DNA of 49,393 nt from Myxococcota bacterium (GTDB taxonomy: Bacteria; Myxococcota_A; UBA9160; PR03), in assembly GCA_025453505.1 (NCBI GenBank), contig JALOQG010000001.1:1-49393 (forward strand), given 5' to 3'. Both the position numbers and the translations under genes were made by a program. This document shows positions 1 through 12,100 of this stretch, piece after piece (position 1 is the first letter of the stretch; each line of letters starts with the position of its first letter). A model generated the notes under the pieces. It saw only the letters and a list, made by a program, of their open reading frames with translations. It had not been told where the DNA came from and did not search any database.

Positions 1-120
1 GCCAACGACTACTCGAGCGTCGCGTACTGGTATCAGCAGGGACGCAGCGAGCCGCTGCGCGCGCTGCCGCCGCTCGCCGAGCGGTTGCCGCGCCCGGATC
101 CGCCGGAGCTGCGCCGGTGA
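1..120 (+). CDS. 3' end of a CDS cut by the window edge; tail resembles DUF2961 / GH172-type proteins
   Basis: Frame 1 is open from the window edge to TGA at 118-120. Translation is ANDYSSVAYWYQQGRSEPLRALPPLAERLPRPDPPELRR. The SVAYWYQ tail matches my memory of DUF2961 C-termini. The stop overlaps the next start (GTGA). Confidence 0.4.
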   Translation, partial: ANDYSSVAYWYQQGRSEPLRALPPLAERLPRPDPPELRR

Positions 121-1121
121 CCGCGAAGAAGACGCCGCGCAAGAAGCCGCCCGCGCGGCGCGGCAGCGCGCGCAAGCGCATCACGCCGGCCCGCGAGGCA
201 CGTGGTCTCGCGGCGAGCGACGTCGCGCTCGCGCCGGGCGCCGTGGAGGTCGCGCCGTTGGCGGCGGAGGTCGCGCGCGCGGGCGGCGCGGCGCTCGGCG
301 CGTACCGCGAGCCGCTCTCCGGCCGGCCGATCCTGCTGGCCGTATTGCCGCGCGACGCGGTGGAACCGACGCCGTTCCAGCGCGATCTCTCGCCGACCCA
401 CGCGAAGCGACTCGCGCAGAAGATCGACGAGGCCGGCGCCTTCCTCGATCCGATCATCGTCGTGCGCGGCGCCGCGGGCGGATTCTGGACGCCGAACGGC
501 CGGCATCGTCTCGCCGCGGCGAAGGTGCTCGGCATGCGTCAGATCACCGCGCTGGTTTCGCCGAACGAGGATCTCGCGTTCCGCATACTCGCGCTCAACA
601 CCGAGAAGGCGCACAACGTGCGCGACCGCGCGATGGAGGTGATCCGGATGGCGCGCGCGCTCGCGAAGCGCGAGCCGAAGGCGAAAGAGACGGACTACGC
701 CGCGCAATTCGAGAGTCCCGAGCTGCTCACGCTCGGCATCGCGTTCGAGCGCGAGAGCCGCTTCGCGGCCGGCGCGTACGCACCCTTCCTGCGCAAGGTC
801 GACCGATTCGGCGATCGTACGCTGCCGGCCGCGCTGCGCGAGCGTGAGGGGCATGCGTCGCGGCTGCTCGCGATCGACGCGGAGGTGCGCAAGGTGGTCG
901 CGAAGCTCGAGCAGCGCGGCTTCCGCTCGCCGTACCTGCGCACCTACGTCGTCGCGCGCTGCAATCCGGTGCGCTTCCACAAGGCGAAGAAGGGGGACGC
1001 GAAGCCCCCGATGCCGGTCGCAGAGGCGCTGACGCGGATGCTCGGTGCCGCGAAGAAGTTCGACGTCGCGGCGGTGCGCCAGCAGGATCTCGCGCTCGTG
1101 GCGGCCGTCGCGAGCGAGTAG
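117..1121 (+). CDS. ParB-like nuclease / ParB N-terminal domain protein
   Basis: 334-aa ORF with a GTG start. It has a basic N-terminus, then PFQRDLSPTHAKRLAQKI and TPNGRHRLAAAKVLG (ParB/Srx-type GxxR box). No ParA gene is adjacent. Confidence 0.75.
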   Translation: MTAKKTPRKKPPARRGSARKRITPAREARGLAASDVALAPGAVEVAPLAAEVARAGGAALGAYREPLSGRPILLAVLPRDAVEPTPFQRDLSPTHAKRLAQKIDEAGAFLDPIIVVRGAAGGFWTPNGRHRLAAAKVLGMRQITALVSPNEDLAFRILALNTEKAHNVRDRAMEVIRMARALAKREPKAKETDYAAQFESPELLTLGIAFERESRFAAGAYAPFLRKVDRFGDRTLPAALREREGHASRLLAIDAEVRKVVAKLEQRGFRSPYLRTYVVARCNPVRFHKAKKGDAKPPMPVAEALTRMLGAAKKFDVAAVRQQDLALVAAVASE

Positions 1122-1127
1122 CGGGAC

Positions 1128-1679
1128 TCAGCCGAGGAGCTTCGTTCCCTCGGCGACCCAGCGCTTCACCATGCCGTCGAGCAGTTTGGCGAGCAGGGGA
1201 TCTTTCAAAGCGCCGTCGGTCATCGCCTCGTGGGCCGAGGCGAGCGAGAACATGTCGGGGTAGACGTGCACGCCGAGCGCCTCGAGCGGCATGCGCAGCG
1301 CCCACAGGCCGCGGTTGCCGCCGACCAGCGACAGCGACGCAGAGAGCAGCAGCGCGCGCTTGCCGCGCAGCGGCATCGGCTTCACGCGCGAGACGTGGTC
1401 GATCGCGTTCTTCAGCACGCCCGGCACCGAGTAGTTGTACTCGGGCGACGCGATCAAGAGCGCGTCGGCGGCCGCGACGCGGGCCGCGAGTGCGAGCGCG
1501 CCCGGCGGCGGGCCGGAGGCCGCTTCGACGTCGCCGTCGTAGAGCGGCACGTCGAGCATGCGCGGATCGGCGCGATCGACCGTCGCGCCTTCGCGCTCCG
1601 CGATCGCGATGGCGATCTCCAGCAGCTTGCGGTTCGAGGAATCGGCGCGCAGGGATCCGGCGAGGGCGAAGATCTTCAT
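1128..1679 (-). CDS. NAD(P)H-dependent FMN reductase family oxidoreductase
   Basis: 183 aa. MKIFALAGSLRADSSNRKLL and IASPEYNYSVPGVLKNAIDH are typical flavodoxin-like FMN reductase motifs. Confidence 0.85.
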   Translation of the reverse strand: MKIFALAGSLRADSSNRKLLEIAIAIAEREGATVDRADPRMLDVPLYDGDVEAASGPPPGALALAARVAAADALLIASPEYNYSVPGVLKNAIDHVSRVKPMPLRGKRALLLSASLSLVGGNRGLWALRMPLEALGVHVYPDMFSLASAHEAMTDGALKDPLLAKLLDGMVKRWVAEGTKLLG

Positions 1680-1703
1680 GCGGCGCAGTCTAGGAGACGT
1701 GTG

Positions 1704-2294
<591 letters not shown>

Positions 2295-2303
2295 GGGCCC
2301 CGT

Positions 2304-2798
2304 CTAATCCGCGAACAGCTTGTCGATGTCGTCGTCGGTGATCTCGGCGAAGGGGCTGGTCGCGCCGTTGCGCGCCCGTTCGCTCTTCTTCTGGATCTCC
2401 TCGAACACGCGTGCGAGCTCGGCGCCGGCCTTCTTGACGCGCAGGCGCACGAGGCCGAGCGAGGAGCGCTCGTCGAAGATCACGACCAGGATGATGCGCT
2501 TGGCCACCACGGTCATGTGGAGGTTGTCGCGCTGCCCCTGGTGGAAATGGATCGGGAACTCTTCCTCGCCGATGATCTTGGCGAGGCCGCCGGTCGCGGC
2601 GATGCAGCCGGCCGTGAGCGAGGCGAGGCTGGTCGTGTCCAGGCCGCGCAGATCGCCGGCTTCGGCCATCAGCTGGCCGTTCTTGTCCACGACGAACACG
2701 CCCTTCGAGTGCGCGTCGCGCGCCAGGCGCTCGCAGACGCCGAGGACTTTTCGATAGTCCTCGTCGAAGAGCACGAGCTGGGTGTCGACGAACGGCAT
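2304..2798 (-). CDS. mglB: Roadblock/LC7-domain protein MglB (GAP of MglA)
   Basis: 164 aa, immediately upstream of mglA on the same strand with a 9-nt gap. Roadblock/LC7-like core (VFVVDKNGQLMAEAGD...SLASLTAGCIAATGGLAK) and an acidic C-terminal tail. Confidence 0.9.
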   Translation of the reverse strand: MPFVDTQLVLFDEDYRKVLGVCERLARDAHSKGVFVVDKNGQLMAEAGDLRGLDTTSLASLTAGCIAATGGLAKIIGEEEFPIHFHQGQRDNLHMTVVAKRIILVVIFDERSSLGLVRLRVKKAGAELARVFEEIQKKSERARNGATSPFAEITDDDIDKLFAD

Positions 2799-2933
2799 CT
2801 ACGCTCGTAAGCCCCCACGCGACGGTTGGAATCGCCGTTCGGATCGCCGGCTGCCGCACTCTACCCCGCGCGCCTTCCGCAGGGCAAGCACTCCGAGTTC
2901 CTCGCAGCCCTTCGGCGTGTGCCGGCCGTGTCT

Positions 2934-3536
2934 TTAGGACTCGATCTCGCGGCGGCCCGAGAGCGAGCGGCCGATCGTCACGGGGTCGGCGTACTCGAGG
3001 TCGCCGCCGAGCGGCATGCCGTACGCGATGCGAGTCAGGCGCACGCCGCTGCTGCGCAGACGGTCGGCGAGGAAGTGGGCGGTCGCGTCGCCTTCGGTGG
3101 TGGGATTCGTCGCGAGGATCACTTCGCGAATGCCGCCGCGCCGCACGCGCGTCTCGAGATCGGCGATGCGCAGGTCTTCCGGGCCGATCCCGTCGATCGG
3201 CGCGAGCGCGCCGCCGAGCACGTGATAACGGCCGGTGTGTCCGCCCGTCGCCTCGATCGCCGCGAGATCGGCGGGCTCCTCGACGACGCAGATCTGGGAC
3301 GCGTCGCGGCGCGGATCGCGGCAGATCGCGCAGGGCGAGGCGTCGGTCAGATCGAAGCACTCGGCGCAGAGCACGATCTCCTGCTTGAGCCGCAGGATCG
3401 CGTCGGCGAGTTCGTGCACCTGCACGTCGGGCGACGAGAGCATGTGGAAGGTCAGGCGCGTCGCCGATTTCTCTCCGATGCCCGGCAGACGGCGCAGCGC
3501 GGCGACCAGCCGCTGGATCGGCGCGGAGCTCTTCAC
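2934..3536 (-). CDS. recR: Recombination protein RecR
   Basis: 200 aa. HhH motif LPGIGEKSATRL, C4 zinc finger CAECFDLTDASPCAICRD and Toprim segment EVILATNPTTEGDATA. GTG start overlaps the ybaB stop (GTGA). Confidence 0.97.
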   Translation of the reverse strand: MKSSAPIQRLVAALRRLPGIGEKSATRLTFHMLSSPDVQVHELADAILRLKQEIVLCAECFDLTDASPCAICRDPRRDASQICVVEEPADLAAIEATGGHTGRYHVLGGALAPIDGIGPEDLRIADLETRVRRGGIREVILATNPTTEGDATAHFLADRLRSSGVRLTRIAYGMPLGGDLEYADPVTIGRSLSGRREIES

Positions 3537-3867
3537 TCGGGGGTGCCCTGCGGCAGCACGCCGGCGGGCGCCTGCAGGGTCGCGGCCGCGCGCTGCATCT
3601 CTTCCTGCACCATGCGCTGCGCCCTCGCGAGCGCGGCGTTCACCGCCGCGGCGACGAGATCCTGCAGCATCGCGCGATCGTCGCCCGCGAAGAGCTGCGG
3701 ATCGATCGCGATCTCGAGCACGCGCAGCTCTCCCGACACGACGGCACGTACCAGCCCCGCGCCCGCTTCGCCTTCGACGCGCCGGCGCGCGAGCTCGCGT
3801 TGCAGCGCGCCGATGCGCTGCTGCACCTCCTGGGCGTGGCGCATCCAGGCTGCGAAATCGGGGGCGC

Positions 3868-3871
<4 letters not shown>
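3533..3871 (-). CDS. ybaB: Nucleoid-associated protein YbaB/EbfC
   Basis: 112 aa, MSAPDFAAWMRHAQEVQQRIGALQRELARRRVEGEAGAGLVRAVVSGELRVLEIAIDPQL.... ATG confirmed at 3869-3871 (cat on the plus strand), overlapping the dnaX stop (ATGA). It is the C-terminal part of the 928-aa track ORF. Confidence 0.93.
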
Positions 3872-5877
<2,006 letters not shown>

Positions 5878-5919
5878 AGCTCGCCATACTAGAGCACCTC
5901 CACCAACGCTCCGAGTACG

Positions 5920-5995
5920 CTTCCCGCGTAGCGAGCCGCAGGCGAGCGGCGAGCCCCAGAACTTCCCGCGTAGCGAGCCGCAGGCGAGCGGCGAG
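5920..5995. repeat. Two perfect 34-nt direct repeats (period 42 nt) of a dispersed intergenic element
   Basis: cttcccgcgtagcgagccgcaggcgagcggcgag occurs at 5920-5953 and again at 5962-5995. Inverted, near-identical copies occur at 26275-26306 and 26354-26385. Confidence 0.85.
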
Positions 5996-6249
5996 ATCCA
6001 TCAGGCTCGCGGTGGAAGCTCGGCAACGACCGAGCCGCCCGCTCCGAGGCAAAGAACTCCGTCCGAGGCGGGAAACGGCGGAGGCACGCTCGCAGCATCG
6101 AACGGCGTCTTGCAAGCGAGCGGCCCTCTTCCGGGGCCGCGTAAGCGCGCAGCGAGGCGGAGTCTTCGGAGCCGAGCGAAGCCCATCAGGCAGGCTCGCG
6201 GTGGAAGCTCGGCAATCGAGGTCGGGAAGAACGCAGCGCCGAGGCAAGA

Positions 6250-6349
6250 TCGCAGGGCACCCCCGCCCGCCGCCGATGTCTCGCTGCCGCTGCTCCCTTC
6301 CGGGTCTGACGGGGTTCACGGAACACCGAACTCGAGCGGGACCCTGCGA
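6250..6349 (-). ncRNA. ffs: Signal recognition particle RNA (small, 4.5S-type)
   Basis: The minus-strand sequence contains the conserved domain IV motif GUCAGACCCGGAAGGGAGCAGC. The 5' GCAGGGUCCCGC pairs with the 3' GCGGG..GUGCCCUGC to close a roughly 100-nt hairpin. It sits in the classical position upstream of dnaX-ybaB-recR. Ends are approximate. Confidence 0.8.
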
Positions 6350-6470
6350 TCACGCCTCGGCGCTGCGCCGAGAGAAGGCAACGTAGGGACGGCCCTCGGA
6401 CGGGTCAATTCGCAGGAGCGGCCGCAGCCGGCTCCTGCGCACGCCTCGCGAGGCTACGTTCCGCGCCATC

Positions 6471-7688
6471 GTGGCGCCGGCAGTCGATCGATCCGGTGAA
6501 GTGCTCGCGTCCCTCGCGACGCGCCTCGCGCGTGCGGGGGCGAACCTCACCGTCGAGCGGACCGATGCGCCGCCGCTCGCGATCGGCGCGCATCCCGGCC
6601 GCGCGCGCGTCGTGTTCCGCGACGCCGCGGCGCTCGCGCCGCTGCTGCGCGGTGATCACCTCGGGCTCGCCGAGGCGTATCTGCACGGGCGCATCGATCT
6701 CGCCGGCGATCTCGCGGAGATCGTGAAGGTCACCGACGTCCTCGCCATCGACGAGTCGCCCTGGGACCGCGTGCGCGTCGCGCTCGGCCTGCTGCTGCGC
6801 GGCCGCCGCGCGCTGAACCGCGACGCCATCTCCTTCCATTACGACCGCCCGCCCGACTTCTTCTTGCCGTGGCTCGAACGCTGGCGCTCGTACTCGCACG
6901 GCTTCTGGTCGGCGCCCGACGACGATCCCGCCGACGCCCAGGCCCGCAAGCTGCAGTTCGCGATCGATGCGCTCGATCTGCGTCCGGGCGACCGCGTGCT
7001 CGACATGGGGGCCGGATGGGGCTCGTTCGTCGAGTACGCGGGCCTGCAAGGCATTCGCGTGCACGGCATCACGATCTCGCGCGAGCAGCACCGCTTCGTC
7101 GAAACGCTGATCCGCGAGCGCGGGCTGCCCTGCACGGTCGAGTTCGTCGACTTCTTCCAGTACCGGCCGCGCGAGCGCTTCGCCGGCGCCGTCTTCCTCG
7201 GCACGCTCGAGCACGTGGTCGACTACGCGTACGCCGCGCGCTTCCTGGCGGAGCACCTCGCGCCCGGCGGCCGCGTCTACGCGGACTTCGTCGCGCGTTG
7301 CGCGGGCTTCCGCACCGGCCGCTTCCTCTCGCGCTGGATCTGGCCGGGCACGACGAGCTACGTCGATCTCGCAGCGCTCGTCCGCGCGCTCGGCGACGCC
7401 GGCTTCCACCTGCACGCGCTCGGCGACGACGGACTCTCGTACGCATGGACGGTGCGCGACTGGGCGCGGCGGCTCGAGCTGCACCGCAAGACGCTGGCCG
7501 AGCGTTTCGGCGAGCCCGCGGTGCGCGCGTTCCTGCTCTATCTCTGGGGCTCGTTCCATTTCCTCGAACGGGGACACACGCTCGCGTATCACCTCGTCGC
7601 CGCGCGCGAGCCGCGTCGCGCGGCTCCCCACGCGAGGACGGTCGCCACGACGCAAGCGAACGCGAACGCGTCGCCGACGCGTCCGTAG
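6471..7688 (+). CDS. Cyclopropane-fatty-acyl-phospholipid synthase family SAM-dependent methyltransferase
   Basis: 405 aa, GTG start. ISFHYDRPPDFF, SAM-binding LDMGAGWGSF, GITISREQ, AVFLGTLEHV and the C-terminal LYLWGSFHFLERG match the CFA/mycolic acid synthase layout. Confidence 0.85.
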   Translation: MAPAVDRSGEVLASLATRLARAGANLTVERTDAPPLAIGAHPGRARVVFRDAAALAPLLRGDHLGLAEAYLHGRIDLAGDLAEIVKVTDVLAIDESPWDRVRVALGLLLRGRRALNRDAISFHYDRPPDFFLPWLERWRSYSHGFWSAPDDDPADAQARKLQFAIDALDLRPGDRVLDMGAGWGSFVEYAGLQGIRVHGITISREQHRFVETLIRERGLPCTVEFVDFFQYRPRERFAGAVFLGTLEHVVDYAYAARFLAEHLAPGGRVYADFVARCAGFRTGRFLSRWIWPGTTSYVDLAALVRALGDAGFHLHALGDDGLSYAWTVRDWARRLELHRKTLAERFGEPAVRAFLLYLWGSFHFLERGHTLAYHLVAAREPRRAAPHARTVATTQANANASPTRP

Positions 7689-9148
7689 AACGAGCGGTCC
7701 GCGCGCGGCTCGATCCAGCCCGTCTCGACGGCGCGCTCGAAGGGCGTCGTGCGGACCTGCACGCGGCCCCACGGATCGACGATCGCGGAGGGACCCGAGG
7801 TGGACGCACGCACCAGCCAGCGGCGCTGCTCCACTGCGCGCAGCCGCACGATGTCGAAGAGGTGATCGGCGAAGCGGCGACTCGGAATCCAGGTGTCGTT
7901 CGACGGATTGAGCAGGAACTCCGCTCCTTCCGCGACGCGGCGGCCCGCCATCTCGGGCAGCATGGCCTCGTTGCAGAGCAGCACGCCGGCGCGTCCGGCG
8001 CGCGTCGCGAGGGGCGGCGTCGGCGCGCCGAACGAGAAGAAGCGAACGTCCGCGAAGCGCCGCCGCACGAAGTCGAACGCGCCGAGCGGCGGATACTCGG
8101 CGAAGGGCACCAGCGCCTGCTTGTCGTACGCGGCCGGCCGGCGCCCGCTCGCATCGACCACGAAGACGCTGTTGAAGAAGCGGAACGACGGCTCGTCACC
8201 TTCCCTGCGCGGCCCGCCGACGGCGATCTCGCCGCCTCCGCCGGCGGCCAGGCTGGCGATCGACGTCTCGTACTCCGGCTCCCGTTCGAGGAAGAAGGTG
8301 AGGGCGCTCTCCGGCCACGCGACGAGCGCGCCGGGCGCGCGGCGGAACGCCTCGACCGTTCCGTCGAAGTAGGCCTGGTACTCCGCCGCGTCGGACCGCC
8401 AGCGCCGCTCGAGGTTCACGTGACCCTGCACGACCGCGACGGGTCGCGCGTCCGCCACTGGAACGCCCGGCGGCGGTGCGTCGCGCAGCGTCCAGACGCC
8501 GAAGGCGAACAGCGCCGCGGCCGGCGCGACGCCCGCCGCGAGCAGCCCGGACAAGTGCGTGCGCGCGCGACCCTGCCGAGCGAGCGCGACGGCCTCGGCG
8601 AGCGCGGCGTTCGCGGCGACGATCGCAAAGCCGATCCCATGGACACCGAAGAGAGACGCCGCCTGCACGGCGACGTCGAGGCCCACCTGGGAATAACCGA
8701 GCAGGCCCCACGGATTCGACAGGAACGCGACCGCCGTGAAGAGGCGCCCGCGTCCCACTTCGGCGGCGGTCCACGCCGCAGCGGTGGCCCACGGCATCCA
8801 GCGCGGATCGAGGCGTTCCGCGAGCCCGCGGTACACGGCCGCGAACGCCATGTAGTAGAGCCCGGCCATTCCCGTCGAGATGCCGAAGAAGAAGAGCCAT
8901 CCGACCCAGCGCGGCTGGAGGAAATAGGTGGCGACCGCGTCCGGCATCCAGCTTCCGACCGTCCACGCGGCGAGCAGCGTCCAGACTTCGCCGAGCACGA
9001 GCGCGCGTGCGAGACCGGCGCCGCGCAGCGCGAGCAGGAAGGGCACGAGCGCGATCCAGGCGAGCGGCTTCACGCTCGCGGGCGGGAAGGCGAGCCCGAA
9101 GGCGATCGCCGACCCGGCGGTCGCCGCGATGCGCACGGGCCCCGTCAC
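7589..9148 (-). CDS. lnt: Apolipoprotein N-acyltransferase
   Basis: 519 aa, the C-terminal part of the 1735-aa track ORF. Multi-TM N-terminus (LAWIALVPFLLAL...), then a CN-hydrolase domain with VAWPESAL, YDKQALVPFAEY and GVLLCNEAM (catalytic Glu/Lys/Cys context). The GTG at 9148-9146 overlaps the cyclase stop (GTGA). Confidence 0.92.
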   Translation of the reverse strand: MTGPVRIAATAGSAIAFGLAFPPASVKPLAWIALVPFLLALRGAGLARALVLGEVWTLLAAWTVGSWMPDAVATYFLQPRWVGWLFFFGISTGMAGLYYMAFAAVYRGLAERLDPRWMPWATAAAWTAAEVGRGRLFTAVAFLSNPWGLLGYSQVGLDVAVQAASLFGVHGIGFAIVAANAALAEAVALARQGRARTHLSGLLAAGVAPAAALFAFGVWTLRDAPPPGVPVADARPVAVVQGHVNLERRWRSDAAEYQAYFDGTVEAFRRAPGALVAWPESALTFFLEREPEYETSIASLAAGGGGEIAVGGPRREGDEPSFRFFNSVFVVDASGRRPAAYDKQALVPFAEYPPLGAFDFVRRRFADVRFFSFGAPTPPLATRAGRAGVLLCNEAMLPEMAGRRVAEGAEFLLNPSNDTWIPSRRFADHLFDIVRLRAVEQRRWLVRASTSGPSAIVDPWGRVQVRTTPFERAVETGWIEPRADRSFYGRVGDAFAFACVVATVLAWGAARRGSRAATR

Positions 9149-12100
9149 GTGCGGTCGCAGAGCGCTGCGGCGACGTCGCGTTCGGCGGCGAGGCCGAGCG
9201 CGGCGAATCCGTCGCGGGCGGCGGCGAGCAGGGCGACGGCGGAGTCGTTCGTTGCCGCGAGCCGGCGGCCCATCTCGAGCCGGGTGCGCGCGAGCTCGGG
9301 CCGCATGCCCAGCGATCCAGCGACGTCGAGACTCTCGTTCCAGCGTCGCTGGGCGGTGTCGTGGCGGCCGACGATCCATGCTTCCGTGCCTGCACTCCGC
9401 AACACCTCGGGCCGCCGCCACGCCACGCGCGTCGCGAGTCGCAGGGCGGCGCTCCGGCTGCGCGCGGCGTTGCGCCGCTCGCGGCGTCCCGCGCCGGGTT
9501 CCTCGAGACGCGCGACGTCGAGGATCTGTCGCGCACGCAGCAAGTCGCAGGCGTGGTACGGCAGCAGGCGCCCGGCTCCCTGCAGCCGCTGCTCGCCGCG
9601 CGCGAGGCTCGCACGTGCACCCTCGGCGTCGCCGGCCAGCCACTGCGCCACCGCGCGGTGTCCGAGCGCCGAGACCTGGAACGCAGGCTCGGCGTGCTCG
9701 TCGAGATACTCGTCGAGCGCGGCGATCGCGCCGCCGAGATCCCGGCGTTCGAGCCGCGTCATCGCGACCAGGAATCGCTGCGCAGACGCCGCGAGGTCGT
9801 AGCGATACTGGTCGGCGATCTTCGCGAGCCGCTCGGCGCAGGTCGCGGCGGCGTCCCAATCGCCGCGGTAGAGGCGGCGCAGGCCGTCGAGGTTGAGCGA
9901 GTTGGTCACCTCCCAGAGGCGGCCGTAGCGGAGCCCGTCCTCGAGCAGCGCTTCGTCGGCGACGTGGGCGTCGCTCCAATGCCCGGCCAGCACGTGGTGG
10001 AGCTGGCTCATCATCCGGTAGTGGACGCGATCGCGGACGTCGTCGTCGCGCACGAGCCGGCGCGCGCGCGCGAGGAAGCGCCGCCCGATCGCGAACGACA
10101 CGCCGCCGTACGAGAAGATCCCGACCGCGCCCGCATACATCGCGCCGGCGCCCGGAACCGTCGAAGGATCGACACGCCCGAGTCGCGCGAGCGTCGCGAC
10201 CGAATCGAACACGAAGCGCGTCGGCGACGCGGTCGTCTGCGTCTGCGCGCGCTCGTACATGATCGCGATGATCTCGCGGTCCACGTCGCGTGCCGGTCGC
10301 GCGGCCATGCGCCCGGGCGACACGAGCTGCGCGAGCACCGCGAGGGCGTCGCGCGCGAACGCCGCGACCAGGCGCCCGTTGCTGCGCGGCACCCGCACGC
10401 CGAGATGTTCGAGCGCCTGCTGGTAGTGCTCGTCCGCCTCGAGCAGGCGCCCGCGGTGGAAGAGTGCGAGCGCGACGTGATGCGCGAGGCGCGCCTTCCT
10501 GGCGGGGTCGCCGCCCGCGCCGTGTCGCGCGAGGTAGAGCTTCGAAGCCTCCTGGAAGAAGTGGAGCGCCTCGCTCGACGCCGCGACGCGCGCGGCGTCC
10601 TCGCCGGCGCGGAACAGGAACTCCTCGGCGCGCGTGGCGTCGCCGCCCTTTCCGTAGTGCCACGCCAACATGCCCGCGCGGCCGGGCACGGTATCGGGGA
10701 GGCGTTCCTCGATCGCCCTCGCCACCGAACGGTGGAGCTCCTCGCGCCGCGTCTCGAGCAGTCCGTCGTAGACGACCTCGTGCAGGAGCGGATGCGCGAA
10801 CGCCCACTCGACGCCGCTGCTGCGATCCCACGGCACGAGGAACTCGGCCTCCGCGAGGCGGAGCAGGTCCTCGGCGACACGCGTCGCTTCGCCGAGCACG
10901 CCGACGAGCACGGCTTCGTGGAAGCTGCGTCCGATCACCGACGCGAGCTGGAGCAGGCTGCGCCGCTGCGCCGGCAGCCGGTCCACGCGCGCCATCACTA
11001 CGCCGTGCAGCGTGTCCGGGATCGTGACCTCGTGGATGCGGTCGGTGGCGCGGAAGCGGCCGTCCGGATCGTGCTCGACGGCGCCTGCGTCGACGAGCGC
11101 GCGCACGACCTCCTCGAGGAAGAACGGATTGCCCTGCGCCCGGTCCTCGATCGTCGCGCGCGTGGCGTGCGGCAGCGCATCGGTCGCGAACAGGTTCGCG
11201 AGCAGCTCGCGCGCCGCGCCGCGCGGCAGCGGCTCGAGACGCACCACCAGCAGATCGACGCCGGCGGCGCGCGCCGATGCTTCCGCGCGGTCCGCCGTCG
11301 CCGTGTGACCGGGCCGCGCGACGAACGCGAAGAGGATCGCGTGCTCGCGCGCGAGCGGCAGCAACGCCGCGAGCAGCTCGATCGACGACTCGTCGGCCCA
11401 GTGCAGGTCGTCCATCACGAAGACGACGGGCCGGTCGCTCGCGGCGCCGCGCAGCAGCTGGCCGATCGTGCGGTGCAGCAGCTTCTCGCGCGCATCGCCC
11501 GCGATGCGTTCGATGCGCGCGCGCTGCGGGGCATCGAGGCGCAGGCCGACGAGGTTGGCGAGCAGTGGCGCTGCATCCTGCGCTTCGCCGGGCAGCCAGC
11601 GGCCGGCGAGCGCGTCGAGCTTCGCGCGCGCCGCGCCCTCGTCGTCGGCGTCGCCGATGCCCGCCCAGCCGCGCAGCAGGTCTGCGAAAGGGTGGAAGCG
11701 CAGGCTGCGGCCGGTCGAGAGCGAGCGTCCCTCGAGCCACGTGAGCGACGCCGCCTCGGGGCTCGCGGCCAGCTCCGCGACGAGCCGCGACTTGCCGAGT
11801 CCCGCTTCGGCTTGCAGCGCGACGGCGCCGCCGTGACCGCCGGCGAGTGCGACGAGCCGCTCGCGCAGCGTCGCGAGTTCGCTGCCGCGGCCGACCAGCG
11901 GCGAGAACACGCGGCGTCCGCGGCCGGCGCGCTCCCGGTGCCGCTGCACGCGATCGGAGCGCAGCTCGAACGCGGCGATGGGCGCGTCGTGTCCGGCGAG
12001 CGTGAGCGGGGCGAGCGGCGCGAACTCGAAGACGCCGCGCACGAGCCGCTCGGTGTCGGCGCCGACGAAGATCTGTCCGGCCTCGGCCCAGTCGGTGAGC

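Noticed and set aside
117-1121. Canonical chromosome-partitioning ParB (parABS)
   Set aside because: There is no adjacent parA/soj and I spotted no parS-like TGTTTCACGTGAAACA site. The C-terminal half does not look like the ParB HTH plus dimerisation layout. It is better described generically as a ParB-like nuclease-domain protein.
5920-5995. Possible CRISPR array
   Set aside because: There are only two repeat copies separated by 8 nt and no cas genes. The same element occurs inverted at 26.3 kb. This is a dispersed intergenic repeat, not a CRISPR.
6351-6470. Promoter elements for ffs (minus) and the methyltransferase (plus), e.g. TTGCCT upstream of ffs
   Set aside because: I could not find a convincing -35/-10 pair with proper spacing. 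Promoter consensus in this GC-rich lineage is unknown to me.
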